Notes: generated from the letters alone by a model not told the origin. A stretch of 64,000 bases of DNA from Candidatus Eiseniibacteriota bacterium (GCA_963703225.1 OY969801.1:1024001-1088000); one strand, 5' to 3'; shown: positions 10,371 to 20,519, counted from the stretch's first letter. A program made the numbers and translations.

Positions 10371-10847
10371 ATGAAGGTTGAGGGTGTCATGAGTCAAGAT
10401 GTCCGGGGCTGCAGCCCGTCGGATAGCCTCACGGATGCGGCGATGATCATGTGGAGCCGCGACTGCGGGTTCGTGCCGGTAGTCGAGAGCCATAACGGGC
10501 GGCTCTCCGGCGTGATCACCGATCGCGACATCTGTATCGCCACAGCGACCAAGCATCGCTCCGTCGATTCGATTCAAGTGGGAGAGGTCATGAGCAAGCA
10601 GCCCATGACCTGTGCACCGACCGATGACGTGCATACCGCCATCGACCGAATGGTCCAAGGCCAGGTACGCAGGCTTCCGGTCGTCGACAAGAATGGGAAG
10701 CTGGCAGGCGTGCTCTCACTCAACGATCTCGCCCTCGCGGCCGAGAAGAGCGATCGCCGGGCCGATGGTGTCACGTTCGCGGACGTGGTCAGGGCACTGA
10801 AGGCGGTATCGACCCACCGCTTGCCAGCGGCGGTTGCGAGCGCGTAA
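10371..10847 (+). CDS. CBS domain-containing protein
   Basis: Two CBS repeats (GVITDRDI, VRRLPVVD..G.L.GVLS); AAGGAGG RBS. Confidence 0.93.
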   Translation: MKVEGVMSQDVRGCSPSDSLTDAAMIMWSRDCGFVPVVESHNGRLSGVITDRDICIATATKHRSVDSIQVGEVMSKQPMTCAPTDDVHTAIDRMVQGQVRRLPVVDKNGKLAGVLSLNDLALAAEKSDRRADGVTFADVVRALKAVSTHRLPAAVASA

Positions 10848-10888
10848 GCACTGGGAATGCGGAACGCTCTCCCGTGCCGCGGAGGGAC

Positions 10889-11824
10889 ATGATCGCCGAG
10901 CAGATCGCCAGGGCCGACGTGAGAGCGCGTGGTATCGAAGGATTTGTGCGTCTCGCGGACCCCAAGATATCTCTGGCGTCGGTTGCGTCCATGGTCATCG
11001 GTGCCATGTTCGCGCTCCGCGATGGCCCGGTGGCATGGGGATGGTTGGCGCTCACGGTGGCTGGCATCTTCTGCATCGAAGTGGCAAAGAATGCATCCGG
11101 CGAGCTCGTCGACTTCCAGTCCGGGGTGGATCAAGCGGTCGCTGCGGAGGACCGGAGCCCTTTCTCCGGTGGAAAGCGGGTGCTCGTCGAAGGACTCCTC
11201 AGCCACCGGCAGACCGCGGCCGTGGCGATCCTGTGTTATGGACTTGGAATCGCGGCGGGAATGGCGATGGCCGTCTATCGTCACCCCGGAGTGCTCTGGC
11301 TTGGGATCGTCGGGGTCGGTCTAGCGTATTTCTACCACGCGGCCCCGGTGCGACTGAGCTACCGAGGCCTAGGCGAGATCGCCGTCGCCACCACCTATGG
11401 GCCGCTGATCGCATGCGGCACCTATCTGGTCCAACGCCGCGAATGGAGCGGGCCAGTCCTTTTGGCGTCCCTGCCTCTGGGGATCCTGATCGGCGCGTTT
11501 CTTTGGATCAACGAGTTCCCGGACTACCGAGCCGATCGCGGCGGAGGAAAGCGAACGCTGGTCGTGCGGCTCGGGCGCCAGGCGGCGAGCCGCGTGTACG
11601 CCGTTCTGGTGGCCGTCGCCTACGCGCTCCTCACGCTCCTGCCGGCGCTGGGCTTGCCGCGGACGGTCTGGCTCGGCGCAGCAGGGCTGCCCTTTTCGGT
11701 ATGGGCCGCCCGCCGTCTCGCGGAGGCTCCGGAGTCGACGGGTCACATCATCCCGGCGCAGGCGAGCACGCTCATTGCCTTTCTTGCCTATTCCCTGGGG
11801 GTGAGCTTCGGCACGCTCTGGTAA
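10889..11824 (+). CDS. menA: UbiA-family prenyltransferase, 1,4-dihydroxy-2-naphthoate octaprenyltransferase (MenA)-like
   Basis: DFQSGVD, SYRGLGE and NEFPDYRADRGGGKRTLVVRLG motifs; multi-TM. Confidence 0.8.
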   Translation: MIAEQIARADVRARGIEGFVRLADPKISLASVASMVIGAMFALRDGPVAWGWLALTVAGIFCIEVAKNASGELVDFQSGVDQAVAAEDRSPFSGGKRVLVEGLLSHRQTAAVAILCYGLGIAAGMAMAVYRHPGVLWLGIVGVGLAYFYHAAPVRLSYRGLGEIAVATTYGPLIACGTYLVQRREWSGPVLLASLPLGILIGAFLWINEFPDYRADRGGGKRTLVVRLGRQAASRVYAVLVAVAYALLTLLPALGLPRTVWLGAAGLPFSVWAARRLAEAPESTGHIIPAQASTLIAFLAYSLGVSFGTLW

Positions 11825-11901
11825 CGCCGTCTGACACCGAGGTGAACTCGCGCAGCCCGTGCAGTGATACTTTAGTACCCTAGAACCGCTCTGGGCGTTT
11901 C

Positions 11902-11914
11902 TGCCATTCTGTCA
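11902..11914 (+). promoter_or_regulatory. TGCCATTCTGTCA motif upstream of the kinase/regulator operon (possible autoregulatory site)
   Basis: Matches the TGnCA-N3-TGnCA motif found upstream of the sigma54 promoters. Confidence 0.5.
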
Positions 11915-11931
11915 GCGAGGGGAAACGCCCT

Positions 11932-12756
11932 ATGCATATACCGAGTCAGCCAACCGTTGCGCCCGACGAAGGCGCGTCCATCGAAGCCGCGGTTCTCCCC
12001 CAGCCAGTCGTGACGCTCTCCGAAGACCCGTATTCCGAACGCCAACTCCACCACAGGGAACGCCTGGCCTCCCTCGGCGTCCTGGCGGCAGGGGTGGCGC
12101 ATGAAATCATGAACCCATTGGCTTCTGTTCTCGCAGGGGTAGAGGCCCTCCGGCGCACGCTCCTCCGAGCACCGGAGGGATCGCGCTTGGATTCCATGGC
12201 GAACGCGAACCGCATCCTGGACATCCTGGAGCGGGAGACCAATCGCGTTCGCGATATCACCGACAGGATGATGCTCCTGGCGCGGCCCGATCCCGAGGTG
12301 CCGGGCTGGCTCGACGTGAATTCTGCGGTCGAGGAGATGGCTGGGCTCCTCCGCTATCAGATGACCGTGCAGCAAATTCAAACCGCCCTCGATCTCGATC
12401 GCGCCCTCGCGCCGATCTGGGCGCGCGGCGGCGGAGTGCACAGCGTCTGCATGAATCTCATGCTGAACGCGGTGCAATCGATGTCTGACGGCGGCACGCT
12501 GACCGTGCGCACGCGCGGACGCGACGGGGCCATCATCATCGAAGTGGAGGATACGGGGCCAGGAATCCCGGGCCATCTGCTGCTCCGAATCTGGGATCCG
12601 TTCTACACGACCAAACCTCCTGGAGAGGGAACCGGCCTCGGTCTTTCGATATCCCAGAGTATCGTCCGGCAGCATGGCGGCTCGATCCAGGTCCAAAACG
12701 TCGAGCCGCACGGCGCCCGCTTCACTGTGGAGCTTCCCGTCAGGTCGCGGAGATAG
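11932..12756 (+). CDS. Two-component histidine kinase (HisKA + HATPase_c, no sensor domain)
   Basis: LAAGVAHEIMNPL H-box; NLMLNA, DTGPGI, DPFYTTK, GTGLGL boxes. Confidence 0.92.
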   Translation: MHIPSQPTVAPDEGASIEAAVLPQPVVTLSEDPYSERQLHHRERLASLGVLAAGVAHEIMNPLASVLAGVEALRRTLLRAPEGSRLDSMANANRILDILERETNRVRDITDRMMLLARPDPEVPGWLDVNSAVEEMAGLLRYQMTVQQIQTALDLDRALAPIWARGGGVHSVCMNLMLNAVQSMSDGGTLTVRTRGRDGAIIIEVEDTGPGIPGHLLLRIWDPFYTTKPPGEGTGLGLSISQSIVRQHGGSIQVQNVEPHGARFTVELPVRSRR

Positions 12757-12758
12757 AC

Positions 12759-14123
12759 ATGGCCAAGGCACGAGTTCTCCTCGTCGATGACGAGGAGTCA
12801 TTTCGCGAGATCACCTCAGAGGAGCTGTCTCATCTAGGGTACGCGCTCGATACCTCCCGCACTCTCGCGGAGGCGCGTCTGCTTCTCGCCAAGAAGACCT
12901 TCGATGTCGTCCTGCTGGACCTCCGCCTCCCCGATGGAAACGGACTCGATCTGCTCCGGGAGCTGCACGTGTCTCACCCGGCGGTCCAAGTGGTCGTGCT
13001 CACCGCGTTCGGAACGGTGGAGGGAGCGATCCTCGCCATGAAGCAGGGTGCATTCGATTTCTTGATAAAGCCCTGCAAGCTTGGCGAAATCGAAGCGGTC
13101 TTGGCGAAGGCGGTTCGCGTGCAGTCCCTCGCGCGCGAGAATCTGGCCCTCCAGCGAGACGTCGATCGCCTGAAGCCCAGCGATCGAATTGTCGGAACAA
13201 CAGCTGCGTTGCGTGAGGTCACGCGCCTGATCGACCGCGTCGCCGGGACAGACTCGACGGTGCTCATCGGAGGCGAGAGTGGGGTGGGGAAGGAGTTGGT
13301 CGCGCGCGCCGTGCATCGGGCAAGCCGGCGCGCCGGACGCCCGTTCGTCGTGGTCGACTGCGCGTCGCTTCATGAGAATCTGCTTCAGAGTGAGCTTTTT
13401 GGGCACGAAAAGGGGGCCTACACGGGCGCGGTGCGCCTGAAGCACGGGCTCTTCGAAGTCGCCGACCGCGGCACGATCTTCCTCGACGAGATCGGCGAGG
13501 TCACGCTACCGTTACAAGTCAAGCTCCTGCGAGTGCTCGAGACCGGGGTGTTCCGCCACGTGGGTGGGACGACCGACGTCAGCGTCGACGTGCGTGTGAT
13601 CGCAGCCACGAATCGGGACCTCGAGGCGATGATGCGAGCGGGCGCATTCCGCGAGGATCTTTACTACCGGCTGAACGTCTTTTCGATCCCGATTCCCCCG
13701 CTCCGGGAGCGGCGCGAGGACATCGCCCAGCTCGTGGAACACTTCATACGCTCGAGCGGGGTCGTCGGAAAGCGGGACGCCCACGTTTCGCCCGAGGCAA
13801 TGCGGGTCCTCGAGGCTTACGCGTGGCCCGGAAACGCGAGAGAACTCCAGAACGTGATCGAGAGGGCGCTGATTCTCTGTGACGGTGAGATGCTTCTTCC
13901 CGAGCACCTGCCGATTGGAATGCGCCTTCCACAGGCGCATTCAGCGGTGCGGAGCGGAACATCCCGGCCGACCCTCGCGGAGGCCGAGCGAAGCTATATT
14001 CGACAGGTCCTGGAAGAATGTGGCGGGCACCGTCACAACGCGGCCCAGATCCTCGGGATCAGCGAGCGGAACCTTTACCGGAAGTTGAAGGAGCTCGAGC
14101 CGGAGCCCGAGGCTGTCCGGTAG
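12759..14123 (+). CDS. Sigma54-dependent response regulator (REC-AAA+-Fis HTH, NtrC/AtoC family)
   Basis: REC domain; GESGVGKE; ELFGHEKGAYTGA; FLDEIGE; FREDLYYRL; WPGNAREL; C-terminal HTH. Confidence 0.96.
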   Translation: MAKARVLLVDDEESFREITSEELSHLGYALDTSRTLAEARLLLAKKTFDVVLLDLRLPDGNGLDLLRELHVSHPAVQVVVLTAFGTVEGAILAMKQGAFDFLIKPCKLGEIEAVLAKAVRVQSLARENLALQRDVDRLKPSDRIVGTTAALREVTRLIDRVAGTDSTVLIGGESGVGKELVARAVHRASRRAGRPFVVVDCASLHENLLQSELFGHEKGAYTGAVRLKHGLFEVADRGTIFLDEIGEVTLPLQVKLLRVLETGVFRHVGGTTDVSVDVRVIAATNRDLEAMMRAGAFREDLYYRLNVFSIPIPPLRERREDIAQLVEHFIRSSGVVGKRDAHVSPEAMRVLEAYAWPGNARELQNVIERALILCDGEMLLPEHLPIGMRLPQAHSAVRSGTSRPTLAEAERSYIRQVLEECGGHRHNAAQILGISERNLYRKLKELEPEPEAVR

Positions 14124-14167
14124 CAACCTGCGTCCACGAGGACCAGGGCCCTTCCGTCCCACCGCCG

Positions 14168-15160
14168 TCAGGCGACAGGCACCGCGGCCTCCAGTAAGTT
14201 AGCCCGTCGGCTCCGCATCCAGCGCTCGATCCGATCCGGGGTTCCCAGATCCGTCCAGCCGCAGGGTGGGACTGGGAGCATGCGCAGCCCGGTTGGGACC
14301 CTCTGGAGCAGATCGCGCGAAAGGTCCAAGTGAGGCAGTCCTGCGTAGACGCTCTTCAGAGTGTCGGGATCCCAGCCGTTGCCCCGCTTCCACACTGCCG
14401 GGACGAAGGCCCGTACGAGGGAACGGATCAAGAAGGGGGCGACGTATTCGTAGATCGATAGGAGCGCCCTAGCCCGCGCCACGAGTATGAAGGTGCTCCA
14501 GTGCGCGCCCCCAAGGTACAGCTCGCGAGCGAACGGCGCATCCGGCTTCTCGTGGAACGAGAGGACGGGCCTCGAGCCGCCCGCGTCGGCGTTGCCGCTC
14601 ACGATCCACCCGTAGCTCGGATCCGGCAGCTCGGGGGTCATTCCCAAGAGAATGACAGGCACGCCTCGCTCCACGAGATCGAACGCGCGCTCGAGGGCGC
14701 GGGTGAGGACATCTTCATCCTCGACGGCATGATCCGCGGGCAGGACGGCGATTCTTGCATCCCGATTCCGCCGCAGAACGTGCAAGAGGGGAAGGAGAAC
14801 ACCCGTCCCCGTGCCGCGGTTTTCCGGCTGCACCACGACGCTGGCGAGCGCTTCTGCCGGAAGAGCGGCGTTCCAAAGGGCGCGATGTTGCGCGGCCACC
14901 ACCGTAACGATGCGCGAGCTGCACGTGAGTCGGCCGGCGCGCCGGAGCGTCCAACGGATCATCGGTCCCGCGCTTCCTGGCGACCAGAACTGCTTGGGCA
15001 GCGCGACTCCCGCACCATCCCTTGTCAACGTCCGCACTCGCGCGCCGTCGCCGGCGGCCAGAATGATCGCCCAACGATGAGAAGCCAACTCAGTTCCCTC
15101 CGAGCCCTGCTCGCGACGAATGCAGTTCCTGTGCCGATGAAAGTGGAGGGAATACTCCAT
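14168..15160 (-). CDS. Sugar-phosphate nucleotidyltransferase (mannose-1-phosphate guanylyltransferase-like)
   Basis: IILAAGDG, PKQF, QPENRGTG, LPADH, FHEKP, WTDLGTP motifs. Confidence 0.87.
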   Translation of the reverse strand: MEYSLHFHRHRNCIRREQGSEGTELASHRWAIILAAGDGARVRTLTRDGAGVALPKQFWSPGSAGPMIRWTLRRAGRLTCSSRIVTVVAAQHRALWNAALPAEALASVVVQPENRGTGTGVLLPLLHVLRRNRDARIAVLPADHAVEDEDVLTRALERAFDLVERGVPVILLGMTPELPDPSYGWIVSGNADAGGSRPVLSFHEKPDAPFARELYLGGAHWSTFILVARARALLSIYEYVAPFLIRSLVRAFVPAVWKRGNGWDPDTLKSVYAGLPHLDLSRDLLQRVPTGLRMLPVPPCGWTDLGTPDRIERWMRSRRANLLEAAVPVA

Positions 15161-15233
15161 CTCAAGGCGCGCGAATTCAGGAGTTTGCCGGACTGTGTGT
15201 CATGTGGGCCGCCTCAGACGGCCGAGATTCGAC

Positions 15234-15359
15234 TGCCTTCCTGTCATGCGTTGTATCGCTTCGTCAGCCGGCTGGACACCCCGGACGGCGGCTTGAGGGC
15301 GAGGGAGCCCTTGCCGTGCTTTGACTTGTGTCCCCGGCTGGACCCGGCATGGCACGTGC
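15234..15359 (+). promoter_or_regulatory. Sigma54 promoter (GGCATGGCACGTGC, 15346-15359) with upstream motif TGCCTTCCTGTCA (15234-15246)
   Basis: GG-N10-GC; motif lies 112 bp upstream of -24, the same spacing as at 8921/9033. Confidence 0.65.
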
Positions 15360-15406
15360 AAGGGTCGTCCATGCGCAAATGAATAGCGCCTGAAGGCGAA
15401 GGCGTC

Positions 15407-15703
15407 ATGGAGCGTGAATCAATCTCACCAATGAGGAGGGGTGCCATGACCGGCAACGTCGTGAACCCGTCGATGCGCGAGAAGCTGGAAGAAGCGCGGC
15501 GTTTCTTCTCTGGTCGGGCCGCCGCGAAGGCGAAGAGCCAGGATGCTCAGTTGTATGAGGAGTTGCGAAAACTGGCCGAATCGGTTGAAGAGATTGCGAG
15601 CCTCCTGCACCTTCAGAAGATCCAACTCGACCAAGTCCGCCATGGGGTTGGCCTCCACCTGGAGGGAGCGGCCGCCGCGCCGCACACACGGCGATCCCCC
15701 TAG
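15407..15703 (+). CDS. Hypothetical small coiled-coil protein
   Basis: Downstream of a sigma54 promoter; GAGGAGG RBS before the alternative ATG at 15446; helical composition. Confidence 0.55.
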   Translation: MERESISPMRRGAMTGNVVNPSMREKLEEARRFFSGRAAAKAKSQDAQLYEELRKLAESVEEIASLLHLQKIQLDQVRHGVGLHLEGAAAAPHTRRSP

Positions 15704-15747
15704 GGGCCAATGCCGCCGTGAGGAGGCAGTTGGACGAGGACGGGTCT

Positions 15748-17427
15748 TCAGCGCCTTCCCGCCCTCCAGATCCCCCAGAGCACCGAGGCGCCGAAGGCCA
15801 GTGAGAACACAAGCCCGAGCTTGAACAGCCAGCCGACCATCGATCCCAACTGAGGTACGTTCCGGATCCCGACAGCCAGGCCAAGCGCTACCACCGACGA
15901 TCCCAGGATGATCGAGAGCGCGAGTCGGTTCGTCATGCCCTGGAATTCTCGCGTGAAGCTCTCGATCCCCTGATGCGCGATGCTCAGAGCGATCTCGCCT
16001 CGCTCAATCCGAGCCAAGAGGCGCGTGAGCCGCCGGGGCAAGTCCAGGCCAAGCTCCGCCGCGTCCGAAGCCACCCGGCTCGCGCGTTTCGCCACGACCC
16101 CGAACGTCCGGCGCCGGCGCCAGGCGCGTGCGACAATCGGGCCGGCATATTCGAGATAGCGAAACTCAGGGTCGAGCTTGAGACCGATCCCCTCGCTCAT
16201 GGTCACGACGCGGAGCAGCAACGCCAGTGCGCTCGGAAGTTGGAGCTTGTGCCGGAAGGCGATCCGGACGATCTCGCCCGTAACGGACGCGGCGCTCAGA
16301 TCGCGAAGCGTGCGGCCAGCAAAGGAGCCCATCAGATGCTCCAAATCCCTCTGAAAGGCGGCGCGCCTTGCTCGGGGACTTGCCACCCCAAGCGCGTACA
16401 TCGCCTCGGCCAGCTCCTCGGCGTCCTGACGTCCCGCCGCAAGGACCGCCCGGAGCAGATGCCGGTGCGTTTCGTCGTTGATTCGACCGACCATGCCGAA
16501 ATCCACGACCGCGAGGGAACCGTCGGACTGCACGAAGAAGTTCCCAGGATGCGGGTCCGCGTGGAAGAAGCCGAACTCCAGGACCTCCCGCAGGAAGATC
16601 TCAACGGCGTTCTCCGCGACCGTGCGTCGCGGGATGCCGAGGCGATCCAACGTCGCCAGATCGGAGATCTTCACTCCCCCCACGCGCTCCTCCGTGAGCA
16701 TGCGACTCGTGGTGTACTCGTCGTAAACGCGCGGAATCCATACGCGACGGTCTCCCTCGAACGCCCGTCGCAGGCGCGTAGCGTTCTGTGCCTCGAGCAC
16801 GTAGTCCAGCTCGCCGCGGATTGTGTAGGCGAACTCGTCCGCCAGCTCACTCAGCTCATAATCGCGCCCCAGAGGGGTGTGGACTTGCATCCACGCGACG
16901 ATTCCACGAAGGATTTCAAGGTCGCGCTCCACCTGCTCGACGACCTCGGGGCGGCGCACCTTGACGATCACCGGCGTGCCGTCGAGGAGCACCGCGGCGT
17001 GCACCTGCCCGATGGAGGCCGAGGCAATGGGCCTCGCTTCGAAGGACAGGAACGGCGCCACGGCCAAGCGGCGCAATTCCTCGCGCACGGTGCGTTGGAT
17101 GTCCTGGAAGGGGACCGGTGGGGCTGCGTCTTGCAGTTTCGATAGCTCCGCGATGAGATCCAGGGGAAGCAGATCGGCGCGCGTGCTCAGCATCTGGCCA
17201 AGCTTGATGAACGTCGCGCCCAGCTCGCCGAGAGCCACGCGCACGCGCTGCGACTGGGTGAGCGGAGCGACCTCGCTCGGAGTGCGACGAAACCGAGGAA
17301 CGAAGCGCCGCAGCCCCGCCATGTCGGCGATCGACTCGAGTCCGTGCCCGGCCAACACGCGGCCGATCTGCCGGGTGCGTTTCAAGGACCTGGAAGACGG
17401 ACGCGGTACGCCCAGCAGCATACCCAT
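15748..17427 (-). CDS. AarF/ABC1/UbiB kinase family protein
   Basis: GATFIKLGQMLSTRADLLP, IASASIGQVH, GFFHADPHPGN, DFGMVG; C-terminal TMs. Confidence 0.95.
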   Translation of the reverse strand: MGMLLGVPRPSSRSLKRTRQIGRVLAGHGLESIADMAGLRRFVPRFRRTPSEVAPLTQSQRVRVALGELGATFIKLGQMLSTRADLLPLDLIAELSKLQDAAPPVPFQDIQRTVREELRRLAVAPFLSFEARPIASASIGQVHAAVLLDGTPVIVKVRRPEVVEQVERDLEILRGIVAWMQVHTPLGRDYELSELADEFAYTIRGELDYVLEAQNATRLRRAFEGDRRVWIPRVYDEYTTSRMLTEERVGGVKISDLATLDRLGIPRRTVAENAVEIFLREVLEFGFFHADPHPGNFFVQSDGSLAVVDFGMVGRINDETHRHLLRAVLAAGRQDAEELAEAMYALGVASPRARRAAFQRDLEHLMGSFAGRTLRDLSAASVTGEIVRIAFRHKLQLPSALALLLRVVTMSEGIGLKLDPEFRYLEYAGPIVARAWRRRRTFGVVAKRASRVASDAAELGLDLPRRLTRLLARIERGEIALSIAHQGIESFTREFQGMTNRLALSIILGSSVVALGLAVGIRNVPQLGSMVGWLFKLGLVFSLAFGASVLWGIWRAGRR

Positions 17428-17475
17428 GACACCCTCGCACGACGCTCCATTCGAGCTCTCTCGTTTGGTTGTTCA

Positions 17476-17648
17476 GGCACGATCCGTGCCACGGGGGGTT
17501 GAGGGAGCGGGCGATCAATTTGACTCGACGAACAGAAGTCGCTATGGCGCAGCTAGGAGCGGTGATCGGTTGGACCTCGAATCCTCGCCGGCGAGACCTA
17601 TGTCGCCGGCCGGCTTGCCAAATCGACATGGGAGATGACGCATTGGCA
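17476..17648 (-). promoter_or_regulatory. Sigma54 promoter TGGCACGGATCGTGC for the ABC1 kinase gene, with paired upstream motifs at 17616-17628 and 17636-17648
   Basis: Near-consensus -24/-12 on the minus strand; the site is palindromic and also reads GG-N10-GC on the plus strand. Confidence 0.68.
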
Positions 17649-17708
17649 GGGCCGAGACGGCCCACGACTCGTCTCGGTCTCGCGGTCGAGGGAGGACGCG
17701 TGCGCCGC

Positions 17709-19025
17709 ATGCTCAGGGCCGTGAAGGTGCAGACCGCGATGGGGTTCTACCTCGCGATGGTTCCGGTGATGCGGCTCGCGCTTGCCGCGAACTTTAGGCG
17801 TGTGCGGGCACTTCGAGACCACACGCTTCCGCGGGTCGGAGCCGTTCTCGTCGTCGCGAACCATCCTTCCACATGGACCGACGTCCTCCTGCTGGACGCG
17901 GTGCTGGGGCGGAGGCTGCATTTCTTGGCAAAGGACGATCAATTTTGGCCCTGGCCCCGGAAGGTGCTCCTTCGAATGTTCGGTGCGCTCCCCCTTTCGA
18001 GCCTGGAGGACCGCGCCGACGCCATTGCGCGAAATGCCGGGACCTTCCGTCGATGCGAGACCCTGTTCGATCGGGGGGAATGCGTGGCGATCTTCCCGGA
18101 GGGGATCAGTCAGGTCGATCGCGGCTTGCTGCCACTCAAGCACGGAGCCGCTCGGCTCGCGCTGTCCTACGCCGGTCAGGACGGCTCGCGGCGGCCACTG
18201 ACCATCGTACCGGTCGGCATCTACTACTCCGACCGGAGGGCTTTCCGCAGCGATGTTACGGTGAGCGTGGGTGAAGGAATCGGCACGGCAGAATTGTGCG
18301 GCCCGGGCGTCGGGGAACCGGAACAAGCGGCGCGCCTGCTGACCGAACGCCTGACCGAGGCGATGCGCGGGCACGTGGTCGGGATCGCGGACCGACAGCA
18401 CGCGATGCTTTTCTCCGTCCTGGAGCCCCTCGCAACGGCGAACGGGGAGCCTCTCGACCTGGAGTCCGCAAGGCGGCTCGCGAAATCCCTCGCTGAGCTG
18501 GCGCGGAAGAGCCCCAGGGACTTCGCGCGGCTGGAGCGCAGCGCCCGCTCGTTCGAGCGGATGTGTCTCGCGCTGGACGTCCGCGAGTCCGCGCTCGGCG
18601 AACGGTCGCGCAAAAGGCTTGCGACCGCCATGGCCGCCGTCCTGGCGGGCCTGGTCCCGGCGCTGGCCGGACTCGCGGTTCACGCCGCAGCACTGGCGCT
18701 GACCCGCTTGGCCACCCAGCACTACGCTTCTCAGCCGAGCCGCGTCGCATTCGCGAGGATCGCGTCCGGCTCATTGTTCCTCTCTCTGACGTACGGTGCC
18801 GAAGCCGCCTTCCTCGTCGGGACCGATATCCCTCGCCTATGGATTCTGCCGCTCCTGCTGGTGTCTGGGCTGCTCGGCGTGGTCGCCATAGGATGGGTGC
18901 GGCGGGCGCGACTCGAATGCGACCGATGGCGCATCGCGAGGATCTCGCGGCGTCACGGTCGGCTGGTTCAGCGCGCGCGCCGCGTGCGGGAGTCCCTCCG
19001 CGCGCAGGTCGAGCTTCTGTCGTGA
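17709..19025 (+). CDS. 1-acyl-sn-glycerol-3-phosphate acyltransferase family protein with C-terminal TM region
   Basis: NHPSTWTD (HX4D), FLAK and IFPEG motifs; start uncertain. Confidence 0.85.
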   Translation: MLRAVKVQTAMGFYLAMVPVMRLALAANFRRVRALRDHTLPRVGAVLVVANHPSTWTDVLLLDAVLGRRLHFLAKDDQFWPWPRKVLLRMFGALPLSSLEDRADAIARNAGTFRRCETLFDRGECVAIFPEGISQVDRGLLPLKHGAARLALSYAGQDGSRRPLTIVPVGIYYSDRRAFRSDVTVSVGEGIGTAELCGPGVGEPEQAARLLTERLTEAMRGHVVGIADRQHAMLFSVLEPLATANGEPLDLESARRLAKSLAELARKSPRDFARLERSARSFERMCLALDVRESALGERSRKRLATAMAAVLAGLVPALAGLAVHAAALALTRLATQHYASQPSRVAFARIASGSLFLSLTYGAEAAFLVGTDIPRLWILPLLLVSGLLGVVAIGWVRRARLECDRWRIARISRRHGRLVQRARRVRESLRAQVELLS

Positions 19026-19711
19026 CTCTCCTCCACACACGGCAGTTCTCTGGCTGGGCGCGCGGGCACCTGCTCTGCCGCGCCGAGGGCGTGGCGGACC
19101 GGTTCGCGCTCACGTTCGACGACGGACCCAACCCCCGTGCGACAGGCTCTCTTCTCGACCTCCTCGCGCGCCACGACGCCCGCGGCACCTTCTTCATGCT
19201 CGGAGGGAATATCCGCCGGCACCAAGACCTCGCGAGGCGCACCGCTCGGGAGGGGCACGAGCCCGCGCTGCACGGGGACTCCCATTGGCCTCTCCCACTC
19301 TTGTTGCCCGGGGGGATACGAAACCAGGTGCTTCGTTGCGCGGAGGAGGTCGAGGCGGCCACCGGCAACCGTCCGCGCCTTTACCGACCTCCATTCGGTT
19401 TCATGTCTCCGGGCCAGGCACGGTTCGTCCGGCACTTGGGTTATGAGCCCGTGTTGGGGGACGTCTATCCCGAGGACGCGCACCGACCGGGAGTCGCGCG
19501 GATCGTCCGGCGGGTGCTGTCGCGACTCCGTCCGGGATCCATCCTGATCTTGCACGATGGAAGTCCCCTGGGCCCCGCGGACCGCAGCCAGACGGTGGAA
19601 GCGTTGGAGGTCATTCTAGAGGAGACGACCCGACGGGGATGGCGGGGGACAACGGTATCCGATCTGCTGAAGCGTTCCCTCCCGATCGACCCGGCAAGTC
19701 AGCCCGCCTGA
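19022..19711 (+). CDS. Polysaccharide deacetylase (NodB/CE4)
   Basis: ALTFDDGP, HGDSH, YRPPFG, ILILHD; GTG start overlaps the upstream stop. Confidence 0.92.
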   Translation: MTLLHTRQFSGWARGHLLCRAEGVADRFALTFDDGPNPRATGSLLDLLARHDARGTFFMLGGNIRRHQDLARRTAREGHEPALHGDSHWPLPLLLPGGIRNQVLRCAEEVEAATGNRPRLYRPPFGFMSPGQARFVRHLGYEPVLGDVYPEDAHRPGVARIVRRVLSRLRPGSILILHDGSPLGPADRSQTVEALEVILEETTRRGWRGTTVSDLLKRSLPIDPASQPA

Positions 19712-19875
19712 CAGAATGACATCGGTGAGCCCCCTCGGAGCCGCTCGATTTAGCCCTCACGGGTCGGCTTTGGCATTTCGCTCCTCGCGCGGTCGTTGCA
19801 TGGCAACCCGATAGCCGCCCCGCGCGTCGACGCGGCCGGCTCACTACGATACCGGTCACGTGGCATGGAGGATGC
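19709..19875 (+). promoter_or_regulatory. Sigma54 promoter TGGCATGGAGGATGC (19861-19875) with upstream motif TGACAGAATGACA (19709-19721)
   Basis: GG-N10-GC about 50 bp before the operon start; motif is a reverse-orientation copy of the shared site. Confidence 0.65.
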
Positions 19876-19925
19876 AGTCTCAACCCTCCGCGGTCTGACC
19901 ACCCCACGAACCGGGAGCAGAAATC

Positions 19926-20477
19926 ATGAAAACTCGAACGATTCCCTTCAGGTCTCGCGCGAACGCCATGCACGCAACTCCGCGTGGAACCCTCGCAAGC
20001 CGCCGCCCTGTCGTGAGGCGGACACACGTTTCCCGGGAACCCACGATGTGCGAACGCTGCGGGGCTGTTTATCGGCGAAAGACGTGGCGGGCCGGCGAAC
20101 GCACGCGGCGGACGTCACCGGTCGGAGTGGCGTGGACGGTGTGCCCAGCATGCCTTCAGGTGGCGGACATGGAGTATTTCGGCAGGGTCCGTACGACCCG
20201 GTCGCTCGATCCCGCGATGGAGGCTGCGGTCAGGCGGCGCATTCGGAACGTAGAGCGGCGTGCAGGATACACGCAGCCAGAGCGTCGGACGGTTAGCATC
20301 GAACGCACGCGTTCGGGCCTCGAAGTTCTTACGACGTCGCAGAAGCTCGCGCACCGAATTGCCAGCGAATTGAGGAAGGCCTTCGGTGGGCGGACCCGCT
20401 TCACCTGGACGACATCGGAAGGCGCCCTCGAGGCCGTCTGGGATCCCCCGTCGGGAGGCCGGCGAGTTGTTGGATAG
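19926..20477 (+). CDS. BCAM0308-family / NMD3-like zinc-ribbon protein
   Basis: CERCGAVY..W and CPAC; TTSQKLAHRI..L.KAFGG. Confidence 0.75.
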   Translation: MKTRTIPFRSRANAMHATPRGTLASRRPVVRRTHVSREPTMCERCGAVYRRKTWRAGERTRRTSPVGVAWTVCPACLQVADMEYFGRVRTTRSLDPAMEAAVRRRIRNVERRAGYTQPERRTVSIERTRSGLEVLTTSQKLAHRIASELRKAFGGRTRFTWTTSEGALEAVWDPPSGGRRVVG

Positions 20478-20519
20478 GGAAGGTGCACTACGAACTGAGG
20501 GCCGAGGAGAAACGCCACC

